The notes below the pieces were generated by a model. That model was not told the origin of the DNA and did no database searches. It saw only the letters and a program-made list of their open reading frames with translations. This document shows, piece after piece, positions 56,392-64,000 of a DNA stretch of 64,000 nucleotides. Each line of letters begins with the position of its first letter. Positions within the stretch are counted from its first letter, which is position 1. This stretch comes from Fibrobacteria bacterium. GTDB taxonomy: Bacteria; Fibrobacterota; Fibrobacteria; UBA11236. The stretch spans positions 14,083-78,082 of the forward strand of contig JBGTHM010000097.1 in assembly GCA_041746255.1 (NCBI GenBank), read 5' to 3'. The position numbers and the translations under genes are program-made.

Positions 56392-57051
56392 CTATGATGG
56401 AGCCGCCACCAAGCGAAAGACCGGAATCAAGTCGCTGAGTCTTTCGATGATAAGTATTTGGCTTTGCTCTCGGAAGGGATGATCACCATTATCCAGCCCG
56501 ATAAAAGGCATCCCGGCATCTTGAGCAGCCGCTTCATCCAAAACGGCATCTCCCACATAAACCGCTTCACCCGGCGATATACCCGACTCATGGGGCAGCC
56601 GGCGCAGATATCCGCTCTTGCTTCCGGGCGTTCCGCACACTTTTTGGAAAAACCGCCCCAAGTCGAAATGGCGGACCGTGGCATCTATGACTTCCTGGGG
56701 AGTGCCCGTCACCACGGAAAGGGGTAGTCCCCGGTCGCGGGCGCATCGCAGAAATTCCATGGCTCCGGGTTTGGGCCTCATTTGAGGTCGCAAGGCCTCG
56801 TCTTTTTCATGAAACCGTTGCAGCACCTTTTTGAATTCGGAATCGGAAAGGGCTTTACCCGCAAGCGACTCGACCATGAGTGGAAGAACCTGATGGCGGG
56901 AAAGTCCCGCCGATGCCAATTGGATTTCGCGCAAGGCTTCGCGGGCGAACCCGTAGTCGGACAGGGCATGGCAATAAGCGTCGAGCTTCAAGTCCATGGA
57001 ATCCATCACGACTCCGTCGAAATCCAGATATACGGCCCGGGGCCGATTCAC
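56392..57051 (-). CDS. HAD-superfamily phosphatase (phosphoglycolate phosphatase-like)
   Basis: AVYLDFDGVVMDS (DxDG motif I), VVTGTP, YVGDAVLDEAAAQDAG. The GTG start overlaps the upstream stop (GTGA at 57048-57051). Confidence 0.75.
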   Translation of the reverse strand: MNRPRAVYLDFDGVVMDSMDLKLDAYCHALSDYGFAREALREIQLASAGLSRHQVLPLMVESLAGKALSDSEFKKVLQRFHEKDEALRPQMRPKPGAMEFLRCARDRGLPLSVVTGTPQEVIDATVRHFDLGRFFQKVCGTPGSKSGYLRRLPHESGISPGEAVYVGDAVLDEAAAQDAGMPFIGLDNGDHPFREQSQILIIERLSDLIPVFRLVAAPS

Positions 57052-57902
57052 TTCCGGACGACCGCCGTTTTCTGCAAATACCGGTCACGGTATAAATTGC
57101 CTTCGGCCAAGGCCTTCAATTCCGGTTTGGAATCGACCAGTTTCCGGATATCTTCCACCCGGTTGGAATGGGAAGGATGCGTGGAGAGAAATTCCGGAAA
57201 CCACTGGGCGGATTGGGCTTTCCTGAAATATTCCGCTATCCCCAGGGTATTCCGTCCGACTTGCGAGAGGTAGTAGGTGCCCACCTCATCGGACTCGGTT
57301 TCGTTGGACCGGGAAAATTTAAGCTGTAACAAGGCTGCCGCCGCCCCTGCCGCCATTTCCGCCGTCTGACTCTCGCTTCCGCCTCGCAACGCCTGGATGA
57401 GCAATACCACAGCCGTACTTTTCACCATTTGTTCCCGGAAGTGATGCTGGGTTACATGCGCCAGCTCATGTCCCAACACCCCCATCAACTCGGATTCGTT
57501 CTCCATACCCGACAGAATACCCGTATACAGATAAACGTACCCACCGGGAACCGCAAAGGCGTTATGAATGGAATCACGAATGATGGTGAAAGTGAATCCT
57601 GCCTCGGGAATGTCCCGCTGGGGGAGGATAGCCACCAATTCTTGGAAAAGTCCGCGCACATAATTTTCGAACTCCACCTCTTCCGCGTTCTTCGGAACGA
57701 ATATCGGATATTGAGCGGAGCTGTCCAGAAGCGTCTGGTGGAATTGAGCCCCCAGTCGCGCCTCATCCTCATCTGAAACCAGAAACGAACCCGCTGTCCC
57801 GAAAAAATCGCAGGAACATTTCACCAGTAACAGGCTGGTGAACAAAATGGGTATCAGGATACGATTACTTATGCGCATGAATGAGTCCTTTGGGGTCGGC
57901 AT
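57048..57902 (-). CDS. M48-family zinc metallopeptidase (lipoprotein or secreted)
   Basis: NAFAVPGGYVYLYTGIL and HELAHVTQHH (HExxH). C-terminal STHPSHSNRVEDI. Confidence 0.8.
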   Translation of the reverse strand: MPTPKDSFMRISNRILIPILFTSLLLVKCSCDFFGTAGSFLVSDEDEARLGAQFHQTLLDSSAQYPIFVPKNAEEVEFENYVRGLFQELVAILPQRDIPEAGFTFTIIRDSIHNAFAVPGGYVYLYTGILSGMENESELMGVLGHELAHVTQHHFREQMVKSTAVVLLIQALRGGSESQTAEMAAGAAAALLQLKFSRSNETESDEVGTYYLSQVGRNTLGIAEYFRKAQSAQWFPEFLSTHPSHSNRVEDIRKLVDSKPELKALAEGNLYRDRYLQKTAVVRK

Positions 57903-58590
57903 TGGTTTCCTCCGTACGGAGGCGGAATTGCCCGGCGATAATCCGATAGAAGAGGGCGAGATGAAAAGCCAATACCAGGGGAAACCAGAAAAAATGCACC
58001 CAATTCTGGGGAAACACGCTGAGATAATGATAAATCTCGGGCGTATGCTGGTTGAGCCTTAGGTAAGGATTGGCGGAAAAGGTCTTGTAAAGGGCGGTAC
58101 CGACGGAAGTAAGGCCGTATCCGTTCCAGAAAAGTACCAGGAGCAGGTATCCTTTTTTCTCGGGATAGTAAAAAACCACCAGCATCAAGGCGGCCAGTCC
58201 GGTAAGCATTTCGCTGAATCCGACCTCGAGAGCGTATTCCTGCGGAGCGTACCCGCCCAGGATAGCCAGGATGAAATGCAAACCCATGAGCCGGAACACA
58301 TTGAAAAGCAGGTACTCCTTCAAAGGGATTGTCAAAATCTGCCGCCGCCCCAGCAAAAAGAGAAAGAGAATCGCGGGCCACAAAGTAAGCGCGGTGAACA
58401 AGATTCCGTTGCTCCAAATGGGTAAGTCCCATATCCCCAGCAAAAACACGATGTTCAGGAGAAAAAACCACAGTAACACCCACCAGATTTTGCGGCCCAG
58501 GCCCGCTGGGAGTAGGGCGAATCCTATGAAAGAGAACAGGAAGACTACTCCGTCGAGAACTCTCTTATCAGCGAGGGAAAAATCCTCCAA
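57865..58590 (-). CDS. Polytopic membrane protein of unknown function
   Basis: TTG start preceded by AAGGAG at 6 nt. About 7 hydrophobic segments. No family was recognised. Confidence 0.5.
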   Translation of the reverse strand: MEDFSLADKRVLDGVVFLFSFIGFALLPAGLGRKIWWVLLWFFLLNIVFLLGIWDLPIWSNGILFTALTLWPAILFLFLLGRRQILTIPLKEYLLFNVFRLMGLHFILAILGGYAPQEYALEVGFSEMLTGLAALMLVVFYYPEKKGYLLLVLFWNGYGLTSVGTALYKTFSANPYLRLNQHTPEIYHYLSVFPQNWVHFFWFPLVLAFHLALFYRIIAGQFRLRTEETNADPKGLIHAHK

Positions 58591-58673
58591 CCGGTTCTCC
58601 TTAACCTTTGAGAGGGGGGAAACTCCCCATCTCCGCGGATTCCCGAAAATTTAACATTATAACTCCGACATAT

Positions 58674-59039
58674 TCATAACGCATTCATGCCCAATAAGAC
58701 CAGCGAGCAGGCATTCTCCACTTCCACTCCCTTTTCCGACAGGGCGGTTGCCAATTCCGGATTTTCGGCGCCGGGATTGAAGATGACTTTGGGAATTCCC
58801 GTCGCGAGAATGGACTGCAACAGCGGAGTACTTCGCTCGGCGCGCACATAGACGCTTAAAACATCGGCGCCACCGGGCACTTTGTCCAGGGTAGATACGA
58901 CCCGGATCCCCTCCACTTCATGCAAGGCCGGGTGAACCGGATAGACGGTGTAGTTTTTCGCCTTTAAGCGGCGTATCAGCATGTTGCTGTAACGCTCCGG
59001 ATTGGGGGAGGCGCCCAAAACCACGATGGTTCTCGTCAT
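58674..59039 (-). CDS. CoA-binding domain protein (YccU/YneT-like)
   Basis: MTRTIVVLGASPNPERYSNMLIRRLKAKNYTVYPVHP. ATG 59039 overlaps the upstream stop (ATGA at 59036-59039). The ORF track extends to 59084. Confidence 0.75.
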   Translation of the reverse strand: MTRTIVVLGASPNPERYSNMLIRRLKAKNYTVYPVHPALHEVEGIRVVSTLDKVPGGADVLSVYVRAERSTPLLQSILATGIPKVIFNPGAENPELATALSEKGVEVENACSLVLLGMNAL

Positions 59040-59617
59040 TTGCGTGAGGTTCCCCAATTGAAAAAACCAAATATGCTTCCGCAAAGCCCTCCCACGATAT
59101 GAGCGAATTGCGAAATGCCGTCGACTTCGAAGGATTGTACAAACTCCTTGGCCAGAAAGACCACCAACACCAGAACGAAGGTGAGGGGGATTTGTCCGCT
59201 TTTATAATTGGCGAAGGAGGCCAGCAGGATCATCATGAAAACCAGACCGCTGGCGCCCATGAGACCGGTGGAAAAAAACAGGACATGGAGTATGCCGGTA
59301 GCCAAAGCGGTAACCAGCATCATTTTCAACATGGCCAAAGAACCGTATTTCTCTTCGAGCATGGGCCCCACCAGCAGAATGAAAGTGAGGTTGGCGATGA
59401 GATGTTCCCAATCCTTATGGCCCAGCACATGGGAAACCAGGCGGAAATATTCCAGCGGAATTTTAAAATGAAAATCGGGATAGGCGGCGAAAAAAGAAGG
59501 AGCGAACAATCCGTCTGAGAGGTGGTCCAAGACCGCTACCAAGCATGCGAGCAAGGTAAAAGTCAAGACCGCGGGTGCGTTGTAGCGGAGTCGAAAGGTG
59601 CTTTTGCCCTTACCCAA
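59036..59617 (-). CDS. Rhomboid-family intramembrane protease (short form)
   Basis: HKDWEHLIANLTFILLVGP, GLMGASGLVFMMILL (GxSG) and FAHIVGGLCGSIFG (catalytic His). TTG start. Confidence 0.7.
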   Translation of the reverse strand: MGKGKSTFRLRYNAPAVLTFTLLACLVAVLDHLSDGLFAPSFFAAYPDFHFKIPLEYFRLVSHVLGHKDWEHLIANLTFILLVGPMLEEKYGSLAMLKMMLVTALATGILHVLFFSTGLMGASGLVFMMILLASFANYKSGQIPLTFVLVLVVFLAKEFVQSFEVDGISQFAHIVGGLCGSIFGFFNWGTSRK

Positions 59618-59618
59618 C

Positions 59619-60851
59619 TTAGTCCCGATTATGCAGCAGCTGGTAGGACAAAATCCCGTGAGCCACGCCTACATTGAGCGATTCAATCTGGTTTTTAAGG
59701 GGAATGCGAACCACAGTATCGGCCAAATCCATGATACGTTGGTCGGTTCCCGCGCCTTCGTTGCCGACGATGAGAGCGACTTTTTTACGCAATTTGACCG
59801 TATCGAGCGTTCCATGCGCATGGGAGGATGTCGCTACGATGGAAAATCCTTTTAGCCGCAAAAAGGCGAGTTTCGAAGGCAAATCGACGCCGCTTTCGAA
59901 AGGGATCCGCATCAAAGCACCCACCGTGGAACGCACCACCTTGGGATTGTAGGCTTCGCAAGTTCCTTTGCCCAGCACGAGCGCATCCATTCCCAATGCC
60001 ACCGAGGTGCGGAAAATCGCGCCGACATTTCCGGGATCCTGCACGCCGTCAAGTAGCGTGACATGCCGCACCAGTGACCAGTCGAGTTTGAGTGCGGCGA
60101 AATTGGTCACCGCGATAACCCCCTGGGGGGTTTCGGTCTGGCTCAAGTCACCGATTTCCGCGCTGGACACCGTGGTGGTTTGTATCCGGTGTTTCCGGGC
60201 CAGGTCCAACAATTCGAGATCCTGAAAATCGTCGGCAATGAGCAGCATATTCACGATGGAGGGAGAGATGGCGATAACATCACGGATACTGCGTACGCCT
60301 TCGAGCAAAAATTGCGATTCTTTCAGCCGGCCCTTTTCCGTCATCAGGGAGCGGTAGGCGCGTACGGTAGGGGATGTGGATTGCGCCGTAACCCGGGCGG
60401 CGAAACGTTCGGCCTCCGGCTTTTCGGGTTTGATATGCCTGGGATAGTTGCCTTGACGCGGCGCGGCGCGGCCCGCCGGTTGCCGAGGCTCCCGTGCCGG
60501 ACCCTGAGCCGGATTTTGTCCCGATCCTTGGAACCGCCGGGGATCGGCTCGACCCGATGAAGGAGGAACGGGATTCCGATCTTGATTACGCCCTGGGGCG
60601 CGATTTTGGGGGCGGCCTTCCGGGCGGATTTCGCGGCGTCGGAATTCGCCTTCTCCTTGGGTATGAGAATCGCGAGGCTGAAAACGACGGGGCTGTTCCG
60701 ATTTCCTGTCCCATTCGGGTTTGCGTTCGAAGCGTTTGGCTCCGTCGCCTTCGCGAGGCGGCCGCGCGGGTCGGGCGCGGCCGGCGGAATGCTCGGGAGT
60801 ATTCTCAGGATTCTTATCGGGGGGATCGGTATCAGGCGACTGTGGCGTCAT
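59619..60851 (-). CDS. TrmH/SpoU-family RNA 2'-O-methyltransferase (RlmB-like) with a roughly 160-aa Arg/Pro/Gln/Gly-rich N-terminal extension
   Basis: Core: FLLEGVRSIRDVI, LLDGVQDPGNVGAIFRTSVALG, VGNEGAGT, ESLNVGVAHGILSYQL. The N-terminal low-complexity region has repeated RRFQ/PR/GR elements. The start is uncertain: the internal Met in SLMTEKG would give a canonical-length protein. Confidence 0.75.
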   Translation of the reverse strand: MTPQSPDTDPPDKNPENTPEHSAGRARPARPPREGDGAKRFERKPEWDRKSEQPRRFQPRDSHTQGEGEFRRREIRPEGRPQNRAPGRNQDRNPVPPSSGRADPRRFQGSGQNPAQGPAREPRQPAGRAAPRQGNYPRHIKPEKPEAERFAARVTAQSTSPTVRAYRSLMTEKGRLKESQFLLEGVRSIRDVIAISPSIVNMLLIADDFQDLELLDLARKHRIQTTTVSSAEIGDLSQTETPQGVIAVTNFAALKLDWSLVRHVTLLDGVQDPGNVGAIFRTSVALGMDALVLGKGTCEAYNPKVVRSTVGALMRIPFESGVDLPSKLAFLRLKGFSIVATSSHAHGTLDTVKLRKKVALIVGNEGAGTDQRIMDLADTVVRIPLKNQIESLNVGVAHGILSYQLLHNRD

Positions 60852-62772
60852 TCGGACTCAGCTTGCGGTTGGAAGATTTAAGATTACCGCTTTGCGAATC
60901 GATGAGATTGAGTAAAGCCGAAGCCTTGGCGTAAATGCTTTCCGCATCCAGCCCGATGAGCTTCTGAAGTACCGGCACTTCGCCGTGAGTGACATAATCA
61001 TCCGGAAGGCCCATATGCTTGATGGGTAGATTCTGGAAATCGAGTTCGGCCATCAATTCCGAAACGCCCGAACCATAACCGCCGGCGACCACATTGTCTT
61101 CGATAGTGAGAAAGGCGTCGTGGTTGGTGAACAAGTCGGTGTAGAAACTTTTATCCAGAGGTTTCACGAAGCGAACATCAACCACGGTGGGTTTATAGCC
61201 CTCCTTTTCCAACATTTGGGCGGTTACCTGCGCGCCTTTAAGCATGCTGCCCACGGCGAGAATCGCCAGGCGCTCTCCTCTTTGTACCATGCGCGGAAGG
61301 CCGATGGTGAGCTCCTGGAAGGGGCCCTTCACTTCGCTGGATTGGGCGCTTCCCCTGGGATAGCGGAAAGCGATGGGGCCTTTGTCGTAGCGGCAGGCGG
61401 TATAGAGCATATTGCGGAGCTCGAATTCGTCGGAAGGAGCCATGACCACCATTCCGGGAATCATGCGCAAGTAGGTCAGGTCCAAAGCGCCGTGATGGGT
61501 GGGGCCGTCCAGACCCACCAGGCCGCCCCGGTCCAACGAGAAAATCACGTTGAGATGCTGGATGGCTACATCGTGGATGACCTGATCGATGGCTCTTTGC
61601 AAAAAGGTGGAGTAGATGGCGACCACCGGCTTCATGCCTTCGCAAGCCATTCCCGCCGCGAAAGTCACCGCATATTGTTCCGCGATTCCGACGTCGTATA
61701 CCCGGTCGGGCAGCTCGGCCGCCATGATGTTCACGCCGCAGCCTTCGGGCATGGCGCCGGTAATGGCGATGATGCGTTCATCTTCTTTGGCGATTTCCAA
61801 CAAAGCTTCGCCGAATACCTTGGTGAGGGTGGGCGTTTTGGCGGGCGCGGCCTTGGGTTGACCCGAGGTGATATCGAAGGGGTTGGAAGCGTGCCATTTG
61901 ATGGCGTCTTTTTCCGACAGTTCCCAACCATGGCCTTTGGTGGTTACGACGTGCACGAGTTTGGGGCCCGGCATTTTCTTGACGGCTTCGAGAATATGAA
62001 TCAAATCCTCGAGGTTATGGCCGTTAACCGGCCCGAAATAGCGTAGTCCCAAATCCTCGAAAAAGCTTCCCGGAAGCAGTATGCGCTTGAATCCGTCGTC
62101 CACTCGGCTGACCAGGTGCTGTAAATCCTTGCCCCGCGGGAGCTTGCCCGCGAAATCCCAAATGTCGTCCTTCAGCTTATTGTAGGTGGGGTTGGAAATG
62201 ATGGCGTTCAGATACTTGGAAATGGCCCCCACGTTCTTCGAAATCGACATTTTATTGTCGTTGAGGATGAAAGTGACATTCTCTTCGGTTTCCCCGGCGT
62301 TGTTGAAGGCTTCGTAAGCCATGCCGCCCGTAATCGCACCGTCGCCGATTACGGCCACCACGTCGAAATTCTTTTTCTGGTGGGTACGGGCCGCAGCCAT
62401 TCCCAGCGCGGCGGCGAGTGAGGTGGAAGCATGCCCTGCTCCGAAAGTGTCGAATTCGCTTTCTTCCCTTTTAAGAAAACCGCTGAGGCCTCCATATTGC
62501 TTGAGAGTATGGAATTCGGGATAACGCCCGGTCACCAACTTGTGCGGATACGCCTGATGACCGGTATCCCACACCAATTTGTCTTCCGGTGTGTTGTATA
62601 CCTTATGCAAGGCCAAGGTCAATTCGACGGTACCCAGGCTGGAGGCGAGATGCCCACCCTTTTGCGCGACCTGCCTTACGATCACCTCGCGCATCTCATC
62701 GGCGAGCGCCTTCAATTCGCCCATGGAAAGCGTCCGCAAGTCCGCTGGTGATTTTATCTTTTCGAGCATCAC
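60832..62772 (-). CDS. dxs: 1-deoxy-D-xylulose-5-phosphate synthase
   Basis: GGHLASSLGTVELTLALH, WDTGHQAYPHKL, GDGAITGGMAYEALN-type TPP motif (IGDGAITGGMAYEAFNNAG), DVGIAEQYAVTFAAGMA, GPTHHGALD. Confidence 0.95.
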   Translation of the reverse strand: MMLEKIKSPADLRTLSMGELKALADEMREVIVRQVAQKGGHLASSLGTVELTLALHKVYNTPEDKLVWDTGHQAYPHKLVTGRYPEFHTLKQYGGLSGFLKREESEFDTFGAGHASTSLAAALGMAAARTHQKKNFDVVAVIGDGAITGGMAYEAFNNAGETEENVTFILNDNKMSISKNVGAISKYLNAIISNPTYNKLKDDIWDFAGKLPRGKDLQHLVSRVDDGFKRILLPGSFFEDLGLRYFGPVNGHNLEDLIHILEAVKKMPGPKLVHVVTTKGHGWELSEKDAIKWHASNPFDITSGQPKAAPAKTPTLTKVFGEALLEIAKEDERIIAITGAMPEGCGVNIMAAELPDRVYDVGIAEQYAVTFAAGMACEGMKPVVAIYSTFLQRAIDQVIHDVAIQHLNVIFSLDRGGLVGLDGPTHHGALDLTYLRMIPGMVVMAPSDEFELRNMLYTACRYDKGPIAFRYPRGSAQSSEVKGPFQELTIGLPRMVQRGERLAILAVGSMLKGAQVTAQMLEKEGYKPTVVDVRFVKPLDKSFYTDLFTNHDAFLTIEDNVVAGGYGSGVSELMAELDFQNLPIKHMGLPDDYVTHGEVPVLQKLIGLDAESIYAKASALLNLIDSQSGNLKSSNRKLSPNDATVA

Positions 62773-62793
62773 TTCAATCCTCTTTCACCCGTA

Positions 62794-63687
62794 CTAATTC
62801 ACACGAGTCACAATATAATTTGCAATCAACTCCAACATACGCCCGTCTATGGGCAGCTTCCGCAATTCGACCTGGGCCTCTTCAATCAATTCCCGCGCTT
62901 TTTTCTTCGACTTTTCCAGACCCAATACGGCCGGATAGGTGGCTTTTCCACGCTCAATATCGGAGCCGGCATCTTTTCCCAAGGCTTCGGTGGTTTGTTC
63001 TACATCCAAGATATCGTCGACTATCTGAAAAGCCAGCCCGATTTTACGCCCGAAAAGGCTAAGTCCCGCAATAATCTGGGGAGAAGCTCCCGCCATCTGC
63101 GCCCCGATAACCAGCGAAGCATCGATAAGGGCTGCGGTTTTATGGGTATGGATGAAATTTACGGTTTCCAAATCGACGGCCTTGCCTTCGGACTGGATAT
63201 CCACCACTTGGCCGCCCAACATACCGCGGGTACCCAAGGCATGGGCGATGGTGGCTACGGCCTGCGCATTGCCGGCCTGAGCCAGAATCTCAAAAGCGAA
63301 AACACAAAGTGAGTCGCCGGCCAATACGGCCAGGGCTTCCCCGAATACTTTGTGGCTGGTGGGTTGTCCCCGACGGAAGTCGTCGTTGTCCATGCAGGGC
63401 AAATCGTCGTGAATCAGGCTGAAAGTATGGAACATCTCCAACGCTGCTCCGGCCAGCCAAATGGATTCTCCCTCTCCTCGACAGGCTTCGAAGGCGGCCA
63501 GCGCCAAAGCGGGGCGTAAACGTTTTCCACCGGCAAAAACGGAATAACGAACCGCCTTATGGAGGTCCGAAGGAGCTTCGGATTCGGCTGGAAGGTATTT
63601 CTCCAACGCGGCGTTCACCTGAAGTGAAGCTTGCTTGAGATACTCTTCTACCGTGATACTGTCGCTGGGCGTGTCGGTGACCATCAC
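62794..63687 (-). CDS. ispA: Polyprenyl (farnesyl/geranylgeranyl) diphosphate synthase
   Basis: GGKRLRP. First Asp-rich motif LIHDDLPCMDNDDFRRG. Second motif FQIVDDILD. Sits immediately upstream of dxs, as in the classical ispA-dxs arrangement. Confidence 0.9.
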   Translation of the reverse strand: MMVTDTPSDSITVEEYLKQASLQVNAALEKYLPAESEAPSDLHKAVRYSVFAGGKRLRPALALAAFEACRGEGESIWLAGAALEMFHTFSLIHDDLPCMDNDDFRRGQPTSHKVFGEALAVLAGDSLCVFAFEILAQAGNAQAVATIAHALGTRGMLGGQVVDIQSEGKAVDLETVNFIHTHKTAALIDASLVIGAQMAGASPQIIAGLSLFGRKIGLAFQIVDDILDVEQTTEALGKDAGSDIERGKATYPAVLGLEKSKKKARELIEEAQVELRKLPIDGRMLELIANYIVTRVN

Positions 63688-63736
63688 TTGCTTGCAAAGA
63701 TACTAACTAATAGGGTTTCCTGGTGTCGGTTATACA

Positions 63737-64000
63737 CTAGGAATGAGGGCTAAAAGCCGCTTTTTCGGCTGAAAGGACCGTATTGGAGAGCAGCATGGCT
63801 ATGGTCATGGGTCCCACTCCACCCGGTACCGGGGTGATATAGGAAGCTTTGGCGGCTACCGAAGGAAAATCCAGGTCGCCCACCAATCGGAAGCCGCTTT
63901 TCGATTCGGGACTGGAGACGCGGTTGATACCTACATCCACGGCAATTACCCCGGGTTTGACCATTTCTCCCGTTATCGCCCCGGCGCTTCCCAGCGCAGC
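63737..64000 (-). CDS. folD: Bifunctional methylenetetrahydrofolate dehydrogenase/cyclohydrolase FolD, C-terminal part (the gene continues beyond the window)
   Basis: [15 protein letters not shown]...LVGDLDF...[21 protein letters not shown]. The frame stays open to nt 64000. Confidence 0.9.
   Translation of the reverse strand, partial: AALGSAGAITGEMVKPGVIAVDVGINRVSSPESKSGFRLVGDLDFPSVAAKASYITPVPGGVGPMTIAMLLSNTVLSAEKAAFSPHS

Noticed and set aside
1-64000. A search for CRISPR arrays, tandem DNA repeats, transposases/integrases, prophage genes, toxin-antitoxin pairs, reverse transcriptases or known defence-system genes.
   Set aside because: I recognised none, either in the ORF translations or as periodic nucleotide repeats by eye. 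The window looks like stable chromosomal DNA. A computational repeat and defence-system scan would be needed to exclude small elements.

Overview
This is a chromosomal window with about 53 protein-coding genes. I recognised no rRNA, tRNA, CRISPR array, transposase or integrase. Several things point to a member of the Fibrobacterota/FCB group: two TIGR02147-like (DUF4423-type) HTH proteins, many lipoproteins with a Cys-...-GGG(T/S)(D/E) N-terminus followed by carboxypeptidase-regulatory-like folds, T9SS-type C-terminal sorting domains, and a futalosine-pathway radical SAM gene. That lineage call is inference, not proof.

Content from left to right:
- 0-6 kb: secreted enzymes, namely a sulfatase-family protein, a PQQ sugar dehydrogenase, a beta-helix lyase-like protein and a GH-like protein with a T9SS CTD.
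- 6.4-9.5 kb: a small membrane-anchored helical protein followed by a giant Calx-beta/cadherin-like/beta-helix lipoprotein.
- 9.5-15 kb: housekeeping genes (DTW tRNA-modification enzyme, dbpA, a CrtI-like FAD oxidoreductase, a DUF900 hydrolase, an SRPBCC protein).
- 15-17 kb: a TIGR02147 protein and a lipoprotein encoded as a bicistron.
- 17-38 kb: a polysaccharide-degradation island with PL8, two PL14-like lyases, GH3, DUF2264, DUF1080, an outer-membrane barrel, CBM-like proteins, an SSF symporter, a beta-helix enzyme and a tandem-GntR/PBP regulator.
- 38.5-45.6 kb: a second TIGR02147-plus-lipoprotein bicistron and a second small-anchor-plus-giant-lipoprotein cassette, both in mirror orientation to the first copies.
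- 45.7-64 kb: a rhomboid protease, a cluster of two glycosyltransferases and an MDR dehydrogenase, a divergent class-A PBP, an XRE regulator with a perfect 20-bp palindrome upstream, an MqnC/E-type radical SAM gene, and a long minus-strand operon from ispA and dxs to a HAD hydrolase, followed at the right edge by partial folD.

The most interesting candidates for undescribed biology are the two duplicated, mirror-arranged two-gene cassettes that bracket the glycan-degradation island, and the SusC/D-less polysaccharide-utilisation operon. All functional calls come from motifs read by eye in the supplied translations. No database search was run.
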